Assembly (NCBI GenBank): GCA_003218375.1
Contig: QHNH01000010.1
Span: forward strand, 24,597 to 88,596
DNA: 64,000 bases
Direction: 5' to 3'
Origin: Verrucomicrobiota bacterium
Lineage (GTDB): Bacteria; Verrucomicrobiota; Verrucomicrobiia; Chthoniobacterales; UBA10450
Every line of letters starts with the position of its first letter. Positions within the stretch are counted from its first letter, which is position 1. Below are positions 1 through 8,942 of this stretch, piece after piece. The position numbers were made by a program, and so were the translations under genes. Below the pieces are notes generated by a model that had not been told where the DNA came from, searched no databases, and saw only the letters and a list, made by a program, of their open reading frames with translations.

Positions 1-32
1 AGTGCGGTGAGCCATAGGTCGTGCACCTTAGC

Positions 33-90
33 GGAGGGACGTGATTCTTCACGTCCCAAATTAGTCGGACGAGCGGAAGCTCGTCCCTCC
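33..90. repeat. REP-like palindromic element, family C (copy C1)
   Basis: GGAGGGACGTG-attcttc-ACGTCCC hairpin, then CGGACGAGCggaaGCTCGTCCCTCC. Same architecture as 36174, 40300 and 45109. Confidence 0.8.
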
Positions 91-100
91 GAGGATGGGA

Positions 101-625
101 CTACAACCCGAACGGGTGCCGAGCTTCAAAACCGCGTGGCGTGCGCTCGGTGGGTTGCCACCGCGGCGCCCAGCGGCGCGAAGGATTATGCGGCGAAGTC
201 GTGTCGAGTCGAAGCCCGGCGATAATAGCGAAAGTGTGACCGTTCCGCGCGTAGACCGTGATCCATTTGCCCGGACCGCGGCTGCCAAAGGCGCGGAATT
301 CTTTCGAGCTCAGTGGGACGCTCACGAGACCGGCGCCGGCCAGCGCGTAGGAAACGGTGCCGGAACAATCGTAGGCGTTGTCGTGAAATGTTTTGTGCCC
401 GCCGCCGAAGCGATACGGTTTAGTGCGCAATTGATTCGCCGCCCAGATAGCCCGCTGCACGGAGACCGGCGCGTTCACTGGAGCCAAGGCCAGGCCGTTG
501 CGCAAAAGCGCCGCATTGCCCGGAGTGGTAGGACCCGACGAGGGGAAGGAGCTGGCGCGGCTAACCGATGCGGCTGCGATAAAAACGACGGCGCCTAGTA
601 ACAATGTTCGAACAGCAATTTTCAC
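101..625 (-). CDS. NlpC/P60 (C40) family peptidoglycan hydrolase-like secreted protein
   Basis: Signal peptide MKIAVRTLLLGAVVFIAAASVSRA. PYRFGGG..YDCSGTVSYAL Cys motif and a downstream GHTFAI His motif. Confidence 0.65.
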   Translation of the reverse strand: MKIAVRTLLLGAVVFIAAASVSRASSFPSSGPTTPGNAALLRNGLALAPVNAPVSVQRAIWAANQLRTKPYRFGGGHKTFHDNAYDCSGTVSYALAGAGLVSVPLSSKEFRAFGSRGPGKWITVYARNGHTFAIIAGLRLDTTSPHNPSRRWAPRWQPTERTPRGFEARHPFGL

Positions 626-723
626 GGGTTACCTCAATTCAGCGATTGGTATGCCTGCCGGGTGTTTTTCAAAAATCGTTGGGCCAGACAAGTACAATCT
701 TCCGTGGCAACTGGCGCAGAATA

Positions 724-792
724 CCCTCATCCTAACCTTCTCCCTCAGGGAGAAGGAACTTCCTCTCCCATTGGGAGAGGGCAGGGTGAGGG
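724..792. repeat. Nested palindromic element, family F (single copy in window)
   Basis: Outer CCCTCA...TGAGGG arms enclose hairpins CCTTCTCCCT-ca-GGGAGAAGG and CCTCTCCCA-tt-GGGAGAGG. Confidence 0.8.
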
Positions 793-846
793 CCGCGGGG
801 ACGCGCTTATTACGGTGAGGTGCCGATCAAGTCAACTATCGCTGCT

Positions 847-1452
847 TCAGTTTTTCTGCTGCAGCGCGCTGACTTTTTCCTGCGCGCGATTGACCTCGGC
901 TTTTCGCCCGCTACCCATGGCAAGCAATTTTTTCTGACGCTGGAGGTTCAACATCGCTGCATCCAGTTCCGCGTTCTCCTTTTTCGCCGTCGCTGATTCC
1001 GCCTCTTTCATCGCGGCAACGGCCAGCGATTGCGCGGTCTCGATTTCCACCTGAGAAATCTCGCCCGCCTCGAGCCGCGTCTGTTGCGCCGCCACGTTCT
1101 GATTGGCGAGCTCGAGTTTTGCCTCCGCTAAATCCGCTTCCAACCTGATCACTTTCAGCACCCGGCTTTCCGCGTCGACCTTTGCGATGATGCCACTTTT
1201 ATAGAGGCGCTCCCCGGAAGCGGCGCTCTTCTTCGCTTTCTCGAGCGCGGCGGCGATCTGGTCCGGATCCGGTAACGGCTTTGAGTCGGGCGTCCCGGGT
1301 GTGGTGTAAACGATGTTTCGGTTCGGCGCTTCCTGGATCAGCAACGGAGGCTCGATCTCCATCGGCTCGTTCGGATCGGTCGGGAGTTGTTCCTGCGCCG
1401 GCAAGGTCGCCGCGAAAGCGAAGACAAACAGCAATGCGACCGAACGCATCAT
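847..1452 (-). CDS. Secreted coiled-coil hypothetical protein
   Basis: Signal peptide MMRSVALLFVFAFAATLPAQ. Ala/Glu/Lys/Leu-rich heptad-like C-terminal half. Confidence 0.6.
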   Translation of the reverse strand: MMRSVALLFVFAFAATLPAQEQLPTDPNEPMEIEPPLLIQEAPNRNIVYTTPGTPDSKPLPDPDQIAAALEKAKKSAASGERLYKSGIIAKVDAESRVLKVIRLEADLAEAKLELANQNVAAQQTRLEAGEISQVEIETAQSLAVAAMKEAESATAKKENAELDAAMLNLQRQKKLLAMGSGRKAEVNRAQEKVSALQQKN

Positions 1453-1536
1453 CGCCGGACTTTATCACAAGTGGCGCCGGAGACAGAAGCGGAAATGCGA
1501 GCGCGCGAATGGTGACGCAGTCGCGATTCAACTGCG

Positions 1537-2136
1537 ATGGCTTTCGACGATCGTGGAGAAACGGGCGCTGAGGAAAAAACGACGCCGCCGTGTGGGCTCG
1601 CACCGCGGCTGCAACGACCGGCCGATATTAAATCGGTCGCGCTCATCGGCCTCTTCGTCCTGGCGGTGTTTTACACCATGTATTTCATGCGCGCGATGCT
1701 CCTGCCGCTGGTGCTGGCGTTGCTTCTCAGTTACCTGCTGGTCCCGCTCGTGCGTGTGCTCGCGATGCTTCGGATCCGACCCCTTTTTGGCGCCGCTATT
1801 GTCCTGGTGGCCCTGATTGGCGCGATTGGATATGGCATCTCGTTCCTGTCCGAGCCGGCCGCGAGCTGGATCGAAAAAGCGCCCTACAGTTTGCATCAAC
1901 TCCAGCAAAAACTGCGCTATATGCTCATCGCAATTCTGGAAGGAAACTTCATCACGCCCATGATTCTGGGCCGCTCGCTCACGTTAAACCCGGTGCTCAT
2001 TCTGATCGCGCTGGCGTTATGGGGATGGATGTGGGGGATTTCCGGGATGATTTTGGCCGTCCCGATCCTGGCGACGTTCAAGATCTTCTGCGACCACATC
2101 GAGTCGATGGCGCCGATCGCCGAGTTCATGACTTGA
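1537..2136 (+). CDS. AI-2E (PerM) family transporter, abnormally short (internal deletion suspected)
   Basis: C-terminal EGNFITPMILGRSLTLNPVLILIALALWGWMWGISGMILAVPILA is the typical AI-2E motif. Only 199 aa, versus about 350 usual. Confidence 0.55.
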   Translation: MAFDDRGETGAEEKTTPPCGLAPRLQRPADIKSVALIGLFVLAVFYTMYFMRAMLLPLVLALLLSYLLVPLVRVLAMLRIRPLFGAAIVLVALIGAIGYGISFLSEPAASWIEKAPYSLHQLQQKLRYMLIAILEGNFITPMILGRSLTLNPVLILIALALWGWMWGISGMILAVPILATFKIFCDHIESMAPIAEFMT

Positions 2137-2274
2137 GCGGGGAAAATAGACCATGTGAATAGCTTACTGGCGATTTAATTAGCCAAACGTAATTTAGATT
2201 TGGCCGGTTTTGCCCGTCCGAATCCGCTCGTCACGCCTCCGCGGACCTCGTTATCGTCAATCACGTCATTGCTT

Positions 2275-3234
2275 ATGAAATCAATTCACCACCTGATAAT
2301 CACCTTGAGCCTGGTCTTCGCCGGATCCGCGGGGGCGGAGACGGTGGTGCGGGTAGGCCACTTTCCAAACATCACTCATGCCCAGGGCTTGATAGCCCAT
2401 AATCTTTCGCGCCAGGGCAAAGGCTGGTTCGAGGAGCGTCTCGGCCCCGGCACCAAGATTGAGTGGTTCGTTTACAGCGCCGGCCCCAGCGCCATGGAAG
2501 CGATCTTCGCTCAATCGATCGATCTCACCTACGTCGGTCCGGGCCCGGCCTTGAATGCCTACACAAAGTCGAACGGCGCTGAAGTGCGTCTCATCGCCGG
2601 CTCCGCTAATGGCGGCGCCGCGCTCGTCGTCCAGCCCGATCAGAACCTGAAGACGGCCGCCGATTTTCGCGGCAAGAAAATCGCGACGCCTCAGCTCGGC
2701 AATACCCAGGACATTTCCTGTCGCGCGTGGTTGATGGCCAGCGGCCTGAAGATCACACAACTCGGCGGAGATGCGCAGGTTCTTCCGACGCAAAACCCGG
2801 ATCAGCTCCAGCTTTTCCAGCAAAAGAGGGTCGATGCGGTTTGGACCGTGGAACCATGGGTTTCGCGGTTGGAGAGAGAGTCCGGCGGAAAAATCCTGGT
2901 CGACGAAAAAGATGTCGCGACCACGGTGCTGGTCTCGAGCGCCAAGTTTCTCCGGGAACAGCGAGAGCTGGCCAAGAAATTTGCCGAAGCGCACGCCGCG
3001 CTCACCGATTGGATGGCGAAGAACCCGGACGAAGCGCAGAAATTGATCAGAGCGGAGTTGCTCGCGGAAACGAGAAGCGACATGGCGCCCGACCTGATTG
3101 CGCAATCGTGGAAGCGCATCGCGTTTACCGCGGAGGCTCCGCGCGCTTCCATCGAGAGCTTCATGCAGAACTCGCTCAAGTCCGGGTTCGTTAAAACCGC
3201 GCCCGATCTCTCGAAGCTTTTCGAAAAACCCTGA
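2275..3234 (+). CDS. ABC transporter substrate-binding protein (NitT/TauT, SsuA-like)
   Basis: Signal peptide MKSIHHLIITLSLVFAGSAGA. NMT1/SsuA-like sequence. First gene of a binding-protein/ATPase/permease operon. Confidence 0.7.
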   Translation: MKSIHHLIITLSLVFAGSAGAETVVRVGHFPNITHAQGLIAHNLSRQGKGWFEERLGPGTKIEWFVYSAGPSAMEAIFAQSIDLTYVGPGPALNAYTKSNGAEVRLIAGSANGGAALVVQPDQNLKTAADFRGKKIATPQLGNTQDISCRAWLMASGLKITQLGGDAQVLPTQNPDQLQLFQQKRVDAVWTVEPWVSRLERESGGKILVDEKDVATTVLVSSAKFLREQRELAKKFAEAHAALTDWMAKNPDEAQKLIRAELLAETRSDMAPDLIAQSWKRIAFTAEAPRASIESFMQNSLKSGFVKTAPDLSKLFEKP

Positions 3235-4037
3235 TGTCGCTGCAGGAGGAACTCCAGGGACTCCCGCCGGCAAAGCTGGCCGTGGAAAGCGTTTCGAAGT
3301 GGTTTCGCACCAGCCGCCAAAGCGTCCACGCCCTCGATAACATCTCGCTGGAGATCGCCGAGGGCGAGTTCGTTTGCCTCGTGGGGCCGAGCGGCTGCGG
3401 CAAATCGACCTTGCTCGATATCATTGCCGGGCTCGAAGTCCCCGACGAAGGGCGGGTGATGGCTGACAACGAGCCGGTCCTGAACCCCGGCCGTCACCGG
3501 CTGGTGATGTTTCAGGAAGCGGCGCTTTTTCCGTGGCTCGACGTTATTGGCAACGTCATGTTTGGATTGAAACTAAAGCCCGGCCTCAGGAACAAGGAGC
3601 GGTTGGAGGTGGCGAAGTTTTTCATCCAGCTCGTCGGGTTGGAAAAATTCTCTCACGCCCACGTCCACGAGCTTTCCGGCGGAATGAAGCAACGCGTCGC
3701 TCTCGCGCGGGCCTTGGCGCCGAACCCGCGGGTGCTGCTCATGGACGAGCCGTTCGCCGCTCTCGATGCTCTGACCCGCGAGCAGCTTTACAGCGATATC
3801 CAGCGCATCTGGCAGAAACGGCGCAAGACGATTTTGTTCGTCACCCACAACGTTCGCGAAGCTGTTTGCCTGGCCGATCGTGTCATCTTGTTCTCGCGAA
3901 ATCCGGGCCAGATTCGCGAGCAATTCGAAATCCCGCTCCCGCGTCCGCGGGACATTAATAGCATCGAGCTGGCCGAACATGCCGGTGAGATTACCCGGGC
4001 CTTGAAAGGTTATGTCACAGGGGAGGTAGCTGAGTAA
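3234..4037 (+). CDS. ABC transporter ATP-binding protein (NitT/TauT family)
   Basis: Walker A GPSGCGKST, signature LSGGMKQRV, Walker B LLMDEPF. Its start overlaps the upstream stop (TGATG). Confidence 0.9.
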   Translation: MSLQEELQGLPPAKLAVESVSKWFRTSRQSVHALDNISLEIAEGEFVCLVGPSGCGKSTLLDIIAGLEVPDEGRVMADNEPVLNPGRHRLVMFQEAALFPWLDVIGNVMFGLKLKPGLRNKERLEVAKFFIQLVGLEKFSHAHVHELSGGMKQRVALARALAPNPRVLLMDEPFAALDALTREQLYSDIQRIWQKRRKTILFVTHNVREAVCLADRVILFSRNPGQIREQFEIPLPRPRDINSIELAEHAGEITRALKGYVTGEVAE

Positions 4038-4804
4038 TGCGACGGTTTCTACTCGCGACCCTGTTCTTCGTCGTCTTGATTGCGATCTGGCACTTCCTGG
4101 TCAAGGCCGGCGTTTACTCCCCAGTGTTGTTACCTTCGCCGCAAAGTGTAGGTGAATACCTTGTCGGTGCGGCGCGAGATGGCACCTTGTTCCAGGCCAC
4201 TGGTGTTACCGTGCGCAGACTGTTGGTCGGTTACTTCATCGGCATCATGATAGGTCTGCCGCTGGGCTTGTTCACTTCCGCCTCCAAGTTCGTCGAAGAT
4301 ACGATCGGAGTCCTCGCCCTCGGCCTTCAAACCTTGCCTAGCGTCTGTTGGATTCCGCTCGCGTTACTTTGGTTTGGCCAGACCGAAAGCGCGATGTTGT
4401 TCGTGGTGGTTATGGGCACAGTCTGGTCCGTGGTGATCGCTACCGATACCGGGGTGCGAAACATCCCGCCTATCTTTGCCCGCGCCGCCAAGACCATGGG
4501 CTCAACTGGCCTGCATAAGTGGACCAAGGTAATCCTGCCTGCTTCGTTGCCTTTCCTCGTCAGCGGGATGAAGCAAGGCTGGGCCTTCGCCTGGCGCTCA
4601 CTGATGGCTGCGGAGATTTACGTTACTATCCTGACCGGCTTCGGCCTCGGCCACTTGCTTCACTACGGCCGGGAACTCAATGCCATGGAACAAGTCATCG
4701 GCGTGATGCTGGTAATCATCACCATCGGTCTTCTCACGGACAAGATCCTCTTCTCGCCGGTCGAACGGTTTCTGCATAACCGCTGGGGCACCGGGCTAAG
4801 ATAA
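4037..4804 (+). CDS. ABC transporter permease (NitT/TauT family)
   Basis: Six predicted TM segments with the BPD_transp_1-type loop AAKTMG. Translationally coupled (TAATG). Confidence 0.85.
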   Translation: MRRFLLATLFFVVLIAIWHFLVKAGVYSPVLLPSPQSVGEYLVGAARDGTLFQATGVTVRRLLVGYFIGIMIGLPLGLFTSASKFVEDTIGVLALGLQTLPSVCWIPLALLWFGQTESAMLFVVVMGTVWSVVIATDTGVRNIPPIFARAAKTMGSTGLHKWTKVILPASLPFLVSGMKQGWAFAWRSLMAAEIYVTILTGFGLGHLLHYGRELNAMEQVIGVMLVIITIGLLTDKILFSPVERFLHNRWGTGLR

Positions 4805-4914
4805 TACCGGGCGCCTCAGACAGCGAAGCGGCTCCAATTTTGTTCTCGCTTGCCCCAGGCTTCACTGAATAAGAATTGAGACGATGAAACATAAGATGGC
4901 TTTCGTAATAACGT

Positions 4915-5292
4915 TTGTCCTCGGCTCTCGTGTCACAGGTCCGGGGCGAAGAGATCACTCTCGAGACAGCGCGTCCGGTCGTGATTAAGTCCGCGCCAGA
5001 GGCTGGGGCGGAAGGGGTTGATCCTGGCACGACCCAGATCTCGGTGACGTTTAGCAAACAGATGCAGGGCGGCACCTGGTCGTGGTGTGTCCTAAGCAAA
5101 GAGAGTTATCCCGGGACTTCCGAGGCGCCGAAATACCTCGAGGACAAACGAACCTGTGTGTTGCCGGTGAAACTTCAGCCAGGAAGGACCTATGCCGTTT
5201 GGATTAACTCGGAAAAGTTCTACGAGTTCAAGGACACGAAGGGCCAGCCGGCAGTCCCCTACCTGTTAGTCTTCAGAACGAGAGAGCGGTAA
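4915..5292 (+). CDS. Ig-like (SbsA-type) domain hypothetical protein; N-terminus possibly frameshifted
   Basis: ORF with a TTG start. The motif VIKSAPEAGAEGVDPGTTQISVTFSKQM resembles a bacterial Ig-like domain. A signal-peptide-like ATG ORF lies in another frame at 4884. Confidence 0.5.
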   Translation: MSSALVSQVRGEEITLETARPVVIKSAPEAGAEGVDPGTTQISVTFSKQMQGGTWSWCVLSKESYPGTSEAPKYLEDKRTCVLPVKLQPGRTYAVWINSEKFYEFKDTKGQPAVPYLLVFRTRER

Positions 5293-5327
5293 GGTAGCCG
5301 GTCGGCAACAGTCGCAGCCGCTACCGA

Positions 5328-5780
5328 CTAATCCTTAATGCTGAGCAGCGTCTTGATCTCTTTCCACGCCTTCTTGCGCGAGCCCTCGTAGGCCTGGGCA
5401 TCGTTCTGCTTGCCGCTGGCGATGTAGTCCTTGAGGTCGTTGGCTTCGCGGACAACAAGGTCTAGTACCTCAACCGTGTTCTCAACAAATTGTGCATCAC
5501 TCTTACTAAGCGTATCGGCGTTCACTAACTTCGTCAGCTGTTCCTTCATCCCTTTGGTGACGTTGATATAAGTGTTGACGATGGTCGTGGCCTGCTCGGA
5601 TTTGTAAACCTTGCCGCCATAGGCGTCCGCCAGGGTGCCGACCGCCATGTGGGTGAGCAAAACCGATTGGCCGGTCGTGTAGCCGAGCGTACTCAGCAGA
5701 ACCGTGTCATCCGCGGCGCGGACCGAACCGGTGGCCAGGACGAGCGCGGAAAGGAGAGCGATAAGCAATTTGGAAGTCAT
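5328..5780 (-). CDS. Secreted hypothetical protein
   Basis: Internal Met gives the signal peptide MTSKLLIALLSALVLATGSVRA. Confidence 0.55.
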   Translation of the reverse strand: MTSKLLIALLSALVLATGSVRAADDTVLLSTLGYTTGQSVLLTHMAVGTLADAYGGKVYKSEQATTIVNTYINVTKGMKEQLTKLVNADTLSKSDAQFVENTVEVLDLVVREANDLKDYIASGKQNDAQAYEGSRKKAWKEIKTLLSIKD

Positions 5781-5884
5781 AAGGCGCGACCTTAGCCAGC
5801 CGCTTCCGCAAGCACAATGGAAAATCGCAGCGGAACGCCAGAAAATGCTCGACGCCACCCGGTTTAAGAGTTGAAAAAGCTCTC

Positions 5885-6328
5885 GTGGAAGCCGCGATGC
5901 AAGGGCAACCGGTGCCCGGATGGTGGAGCCGCAACTGGAAATGGTTTGTCCCCACGGGCTGCTGTCTCGGCACCTTGCTCTGCCTCATCCTGGCGGTGGC
6001 GGTGTTTGGCTTTAGCATTTTCGCCATCTTCTCCGGAGTATCCGCCGCGCTCAAGTCTTCGGAGCCGTACAAGGTAGCAGTGGCACGGGCCAGTGCGGAC
6101 GAGAAAGTCACCGCCGCCACCGGCACGCCCATCACGGAAGGATTCCCCAACGGCAGCATCAACACCAGTGGTAGCTCGGGCGAGGTCGATCTCACCATTC
6201 CAATCTCCGGTCCAAAAGGAAAGGGGACAATCTACGTGGTGGGGACCAGGTCCGGCGGAGTCTGGACCTACTCCAAAATGTCCGTGACGATTACCGGGAC
6301 CGGCGAGACGATCGATCTCAGTCCCTGA
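5885..6328 (+). CDS. Small N-terminally anchored membrane protein (Coa1-like by recollection)
   Basis: One TM segment (CCLGTLLCLILAVAVFGFSIF) followed by a soluble beta-rich domain. Confidence 0.5.
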   Translation: MEAAMQGQPVPGWWSRNWKWFVPTGCCLGTLLCLILAVAVFGFSIFAIFSGVSAALKSSEPYKVAVARASADEKVTAATGTPITEGFPNGSINTSGSSGEVDLTIPISGPKGKGTIYVVGTRSGGVWTYSKMSVTITGTGETIDLSP

Positions 6329-6332
6329 TGGT

Positions 6333-7781
6333 TTGGTTGCGGCCGATTGGCGTTTCGCAGAAACGCCCTACAATGGCGGCGTGAGCGAAGAATTAATCCC
6401 GGCGAGACTTGAGCTTTCCGCTGCTGAGATGCAACGGCTCGGATATCGCGTTGTCGATATCCTGGTCCAGCATTTCGCCGGGATGCGCGATGGGCCCGTC
6501 GGCGCGAAGGGCGCGCCCGACGAATTGATGGCGCGTTTGTCCAGACCTCCACCCGAAACACCGACCGATCCGCACGCGCTTCTGGCTCACCTGGAAAAAG
6601 AAGTTTTCCCAAACAACCTCCACGTCGATCACCCGCGGTTCTTCGCTTTCGTTCCAGGGCCGGGAAATTTTGTCAGCACAATGGCCGATACTCTTGCAGC
6701 CGGCTTCAATGTTTTTAACGGCACCTGGCTCGGTGGCTCGGCCGCGGCGGCGATCGAGCTAACCGTGATCGATTGGTTCCGCCGCTTCTGCGGTTTTCCG
6801 GAAACGGCCGGCGGACTTTTTGTGAGCGGTGGTTCCGCGGCGAACCTGACCGCGCTTCATGCGGCGCGTTGCGCAAGACTTGGCGACCGGATTGAAGGCG
6901 CGACGATTTATTTTTCAGACCAGACTCATTACTCGGTAGAACGAGCGCTGCGCGTAGTTGGTTTTGCTCGCGAACAGTTCCGGAAAATTCCTTCCGACGA
7001 TCGTTTTCGCCTGCCACTGGAATCGTTGCGCGAGGCGATCCGCGCCGACAAGAACGCCGGCCTGCGTCCTTTTTGCGTCGTCGCGAATGCCGGCACCACC
7101 AATACCGGCGCGGTGGATCCGCTTTCCGGCCTCGCGGACCTGTGCGCGGCGGAGGGACTCTGGCTTCACGCCGACGGCGCGTACGGAGCCGCGGCAATCA
7201 TCTGCCAGCGCGGCCGCGAAAAATTAAGGGGCCTTGAGCGCGTCGATTCGCTTTCGCTCGATCCGCACAAGTGGTTGTTTCAACCTTTCGAATGCGGATG
7301 CGTGCTCGCGCGCGATGCGGCCCATTTGAAATCCGCCTTCCAGTTGATGCCCGAGTATATGCGGGACGTGCATCGCAACACCGCCGAAACCAATCCCGCC
7401 GATTACGGTATCCAGCTCTCCCGCGGCTTTCGCGCGCTGAAGGTGTGGTTGTCGATGAATACCTTTGGGCTGGCGGCGTTTCGCGATGCGATCACCCGCG
7501 GCTTCGAGCTGGCGGAATTTGCGGAGCGCGAACTGCGGACGAGACACAATTGCGAAATCCTCTCGCCGGCTGAGATGGGGATCGTCGCGTTTCGCTTCGG
7601 CAACGACGACGCACTTCAGACCAAACTAGTCGATCTCATGTTGCGCGACCGCTTTGCCTTCCTAACCTCGACCACGCTCAAAGGCGTCACCGCGCTCCGT
7701 CTTTGCACGATCAATCCGCGCACGACCGAAGACGACATTAGCCAGACGATCGATCGCCTGGAAAAATTCGCCGCGGGCTGA
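6333..7781 (+). CDS. Pyridoxal-dependent (group II) amino-acid decarboxylase
   Basis: SLDPHKW PLP-lysine motif and HVDHPRFFAFVPGPG. Length about 480 aa. Exact start uncertain. Confidence 0.85.
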   Translation: MVAADWRFAETPYNGGVSEELIPARLELSAAEMQRLGYRVVDILVQHFAGMRDGPVGAKGAPDELMARLSRPPPETPTDPHALLAHLEKEVFPNNLHVDHPRFFAFVPGPGNFVSTMADTLAAGFNVFNGTWLGGSAAAAIELTVIDWFRRFCGFPETAGGLFVSGGSAANLTALHAARCARLGDRIEGATIYFSDQTHYSVERALRVVGFAREQFRKIPSDDRFRLPLESLREAIRADKNAGLRPFCVVANAGTTNTGAVDPLSGLADLCAAEGLWLHADGAYGAAAIICQRGREKLRGLERVDSLSLDPHKWLFQPFECGCVLARDAAHLKSAFQLMPEYMRDVHRNTAETNPADYGIQLSRGFRALKVWLSMNTFGLAAFRDAITRGFELAEFAERELRTRHNCEILSPAEMGIVAFRFGNDDALQTKLVDLMLRDRFAFLTSTTLKGVTALRLCTINPRTTEDDISQTIDRLEKFAAG

Positions 7782-7784
7782 TTT

Positions 7785-7865
7785 CTGTAGCCGCTTCGCT
7801 GTGCGAAGCGCCGGAATTTGCGCCCGATGCTGAAACTCACGCCGCCCACAGGGCGGCGGCTACAG
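7785..7865. repeat. REP-like palindromic element, family B (B1)
   Basis: CTGTAGCCGC...GCGGCTACAG outer arms with inner hairpins CGCTTCGC-tgtg-CGAAGCG and CGCCGCCC-aca-GGGCGGCG. Confidence 0.85.
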
Positions 7866-7869
7866 AAGA

Positions 7870-8244
7870 CTACGCCGTCTCGGTGCTCGCTGGCATGAAG
7901 CCCAGGAGCAGCGACACCGCCGCGATACCTACATGCAGCCAGGTATCAGCCATGTTATTGCTGATCAAGCCGAGCAGCATCGTATCGCCGCCTGCCATGA
8001 ATCCCATCACGGCGACCGCACCGTAGACGAGGCCGAAGATGCGGAAATACCAGCGGGACGCGCCCGCACCGCTCATCCCGCAAAGCAGCGCCACCACGCC
8101 CGAGAGCAGGTGCACCGCGTTATGGGCGGTGTTGACGTGAAAAATTCCCAGTAACATCTGGTCTTTCGTCACCGCCGGAACGAAGCCGAGAATTCCGACG
8201 ACGAGAAACACCACACCGAAGAGAACTGCCATTGTCTTAACCAT
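7870..8244 (-). CDS. DUF4383-like membrane protein
   Basis: Four TM segments. Contains LGFVP...HVNTAHNAVHLLSG. Confidence 0.55.
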   Translation of the reverse strand: MVKTMAVLFGVVFLVVGILGFVPAVTKDQMLLGIFHVNTAHNAVHLLSGVVALLCGMSGAGASRWYFRIFGLVYGAVAVMGFMAGGDTMLLGLISNNMADTWLHVGIAAVSLLLGFMPASTETA

Positions 8245-8305
8245 AGTTGTTCCTTTGTTTAGGAAGCACGATCTCAGTCCTCCGCGGTCGGGAAGTCAAG
8301 CCTCT

Positions 8306-8375
8306 GGAGACGGCACGCCCTCGTGCCGTGGAGATTGACATTGCTTCCCGAACGGCACGAGGGCGTGCCGTCTCC
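8306..8375. repeat. REPIN-like inverted doublet, family G
   Basis: GGAGACGGCACGCCCTCGTGCCGT ... ACGGCACGAGGGCGTGCCGTCTCC. The arm design parallels family A but the sequence is distinct. Confidence 0.85.
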
Positions 8376-8382
8376 ATCGTTG

Positions 8383-8796
8383 CTACATCGCCAGCAGATA
8401 GATCGCGGCCAGCGCCAGGAGGAAATACGGAACCAGCGTCGCCGCGCCGGGGTAATCCTTCGCCATCCGCTGGCCGAAGAAGAGCGCAAGAATCGCGAAG
8501 GCGGACGCTATCGCGCCATAGAATGCGAACGTGGAATCGCGCCGGAGAAAGATCAACAGGCAGCCGACGGCACTGAGAGCCCCCGCCACTAACTCAAGGA
8601 GAGTGATGATTGTCACCAGCGCCGGCACGAATCCGGCCAGCGGACTTTTCGCAAAATGGCCCTTGAGCCATTCCAAGTTGCCGCGCCGATCGACGACTTT
8701 ATCGATCCCCGACTGGAGAAAAAGAATCGCCAGGAATGCGGAAGCAAAGACCTGCATCCCATGGATCGCGCCGACGGTAGTATGGAGGTTGTGCAT
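8383..8796 (-). CDS. DoxX-family membrane protein
   Basis: Four TM segments, about 137 aa, with a DoxX-like FLQSGIDKV motif. Confidence 0.5.
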   Translation of the reverse strand: MHNLHTTVGAIHGMQVFASAFLAILFLQSGIDKVVDRRGNLEWLKGHFAKSPLAGFVPALVTIITLLELVAGALSAVGCLLIFLRRDSTFAFYGAIASAFAILALFFGQRMAKDYPGAATLVPYFLLALAAIYLLAM

Positions 8797-8839
8797 CGAC
8801 GCTATTGCTTCTCACGCCGTCGTGAGTTGCAAGGCTTTT

Positions 8840-8928
8840 CTGTAGCCGCTTCGCTGTGCGAAGCGTGAGGAAAGACGCGTTTGTTATCACGCTATGGATC
8901 CACGTCGCCCGCAGGGCGACGGCTACAG
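8840..8928. repeat. REP-like palindromic element, family B (B2)
   Basis: CTGTAGCCGCTTCGCTGTGCGAAGCG...CGTCGCCCGCAGGGCGACGGCTACAG. Confidence 0.85.
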
Positions 8929-8942
8929 AAGAGGGCGATCGG

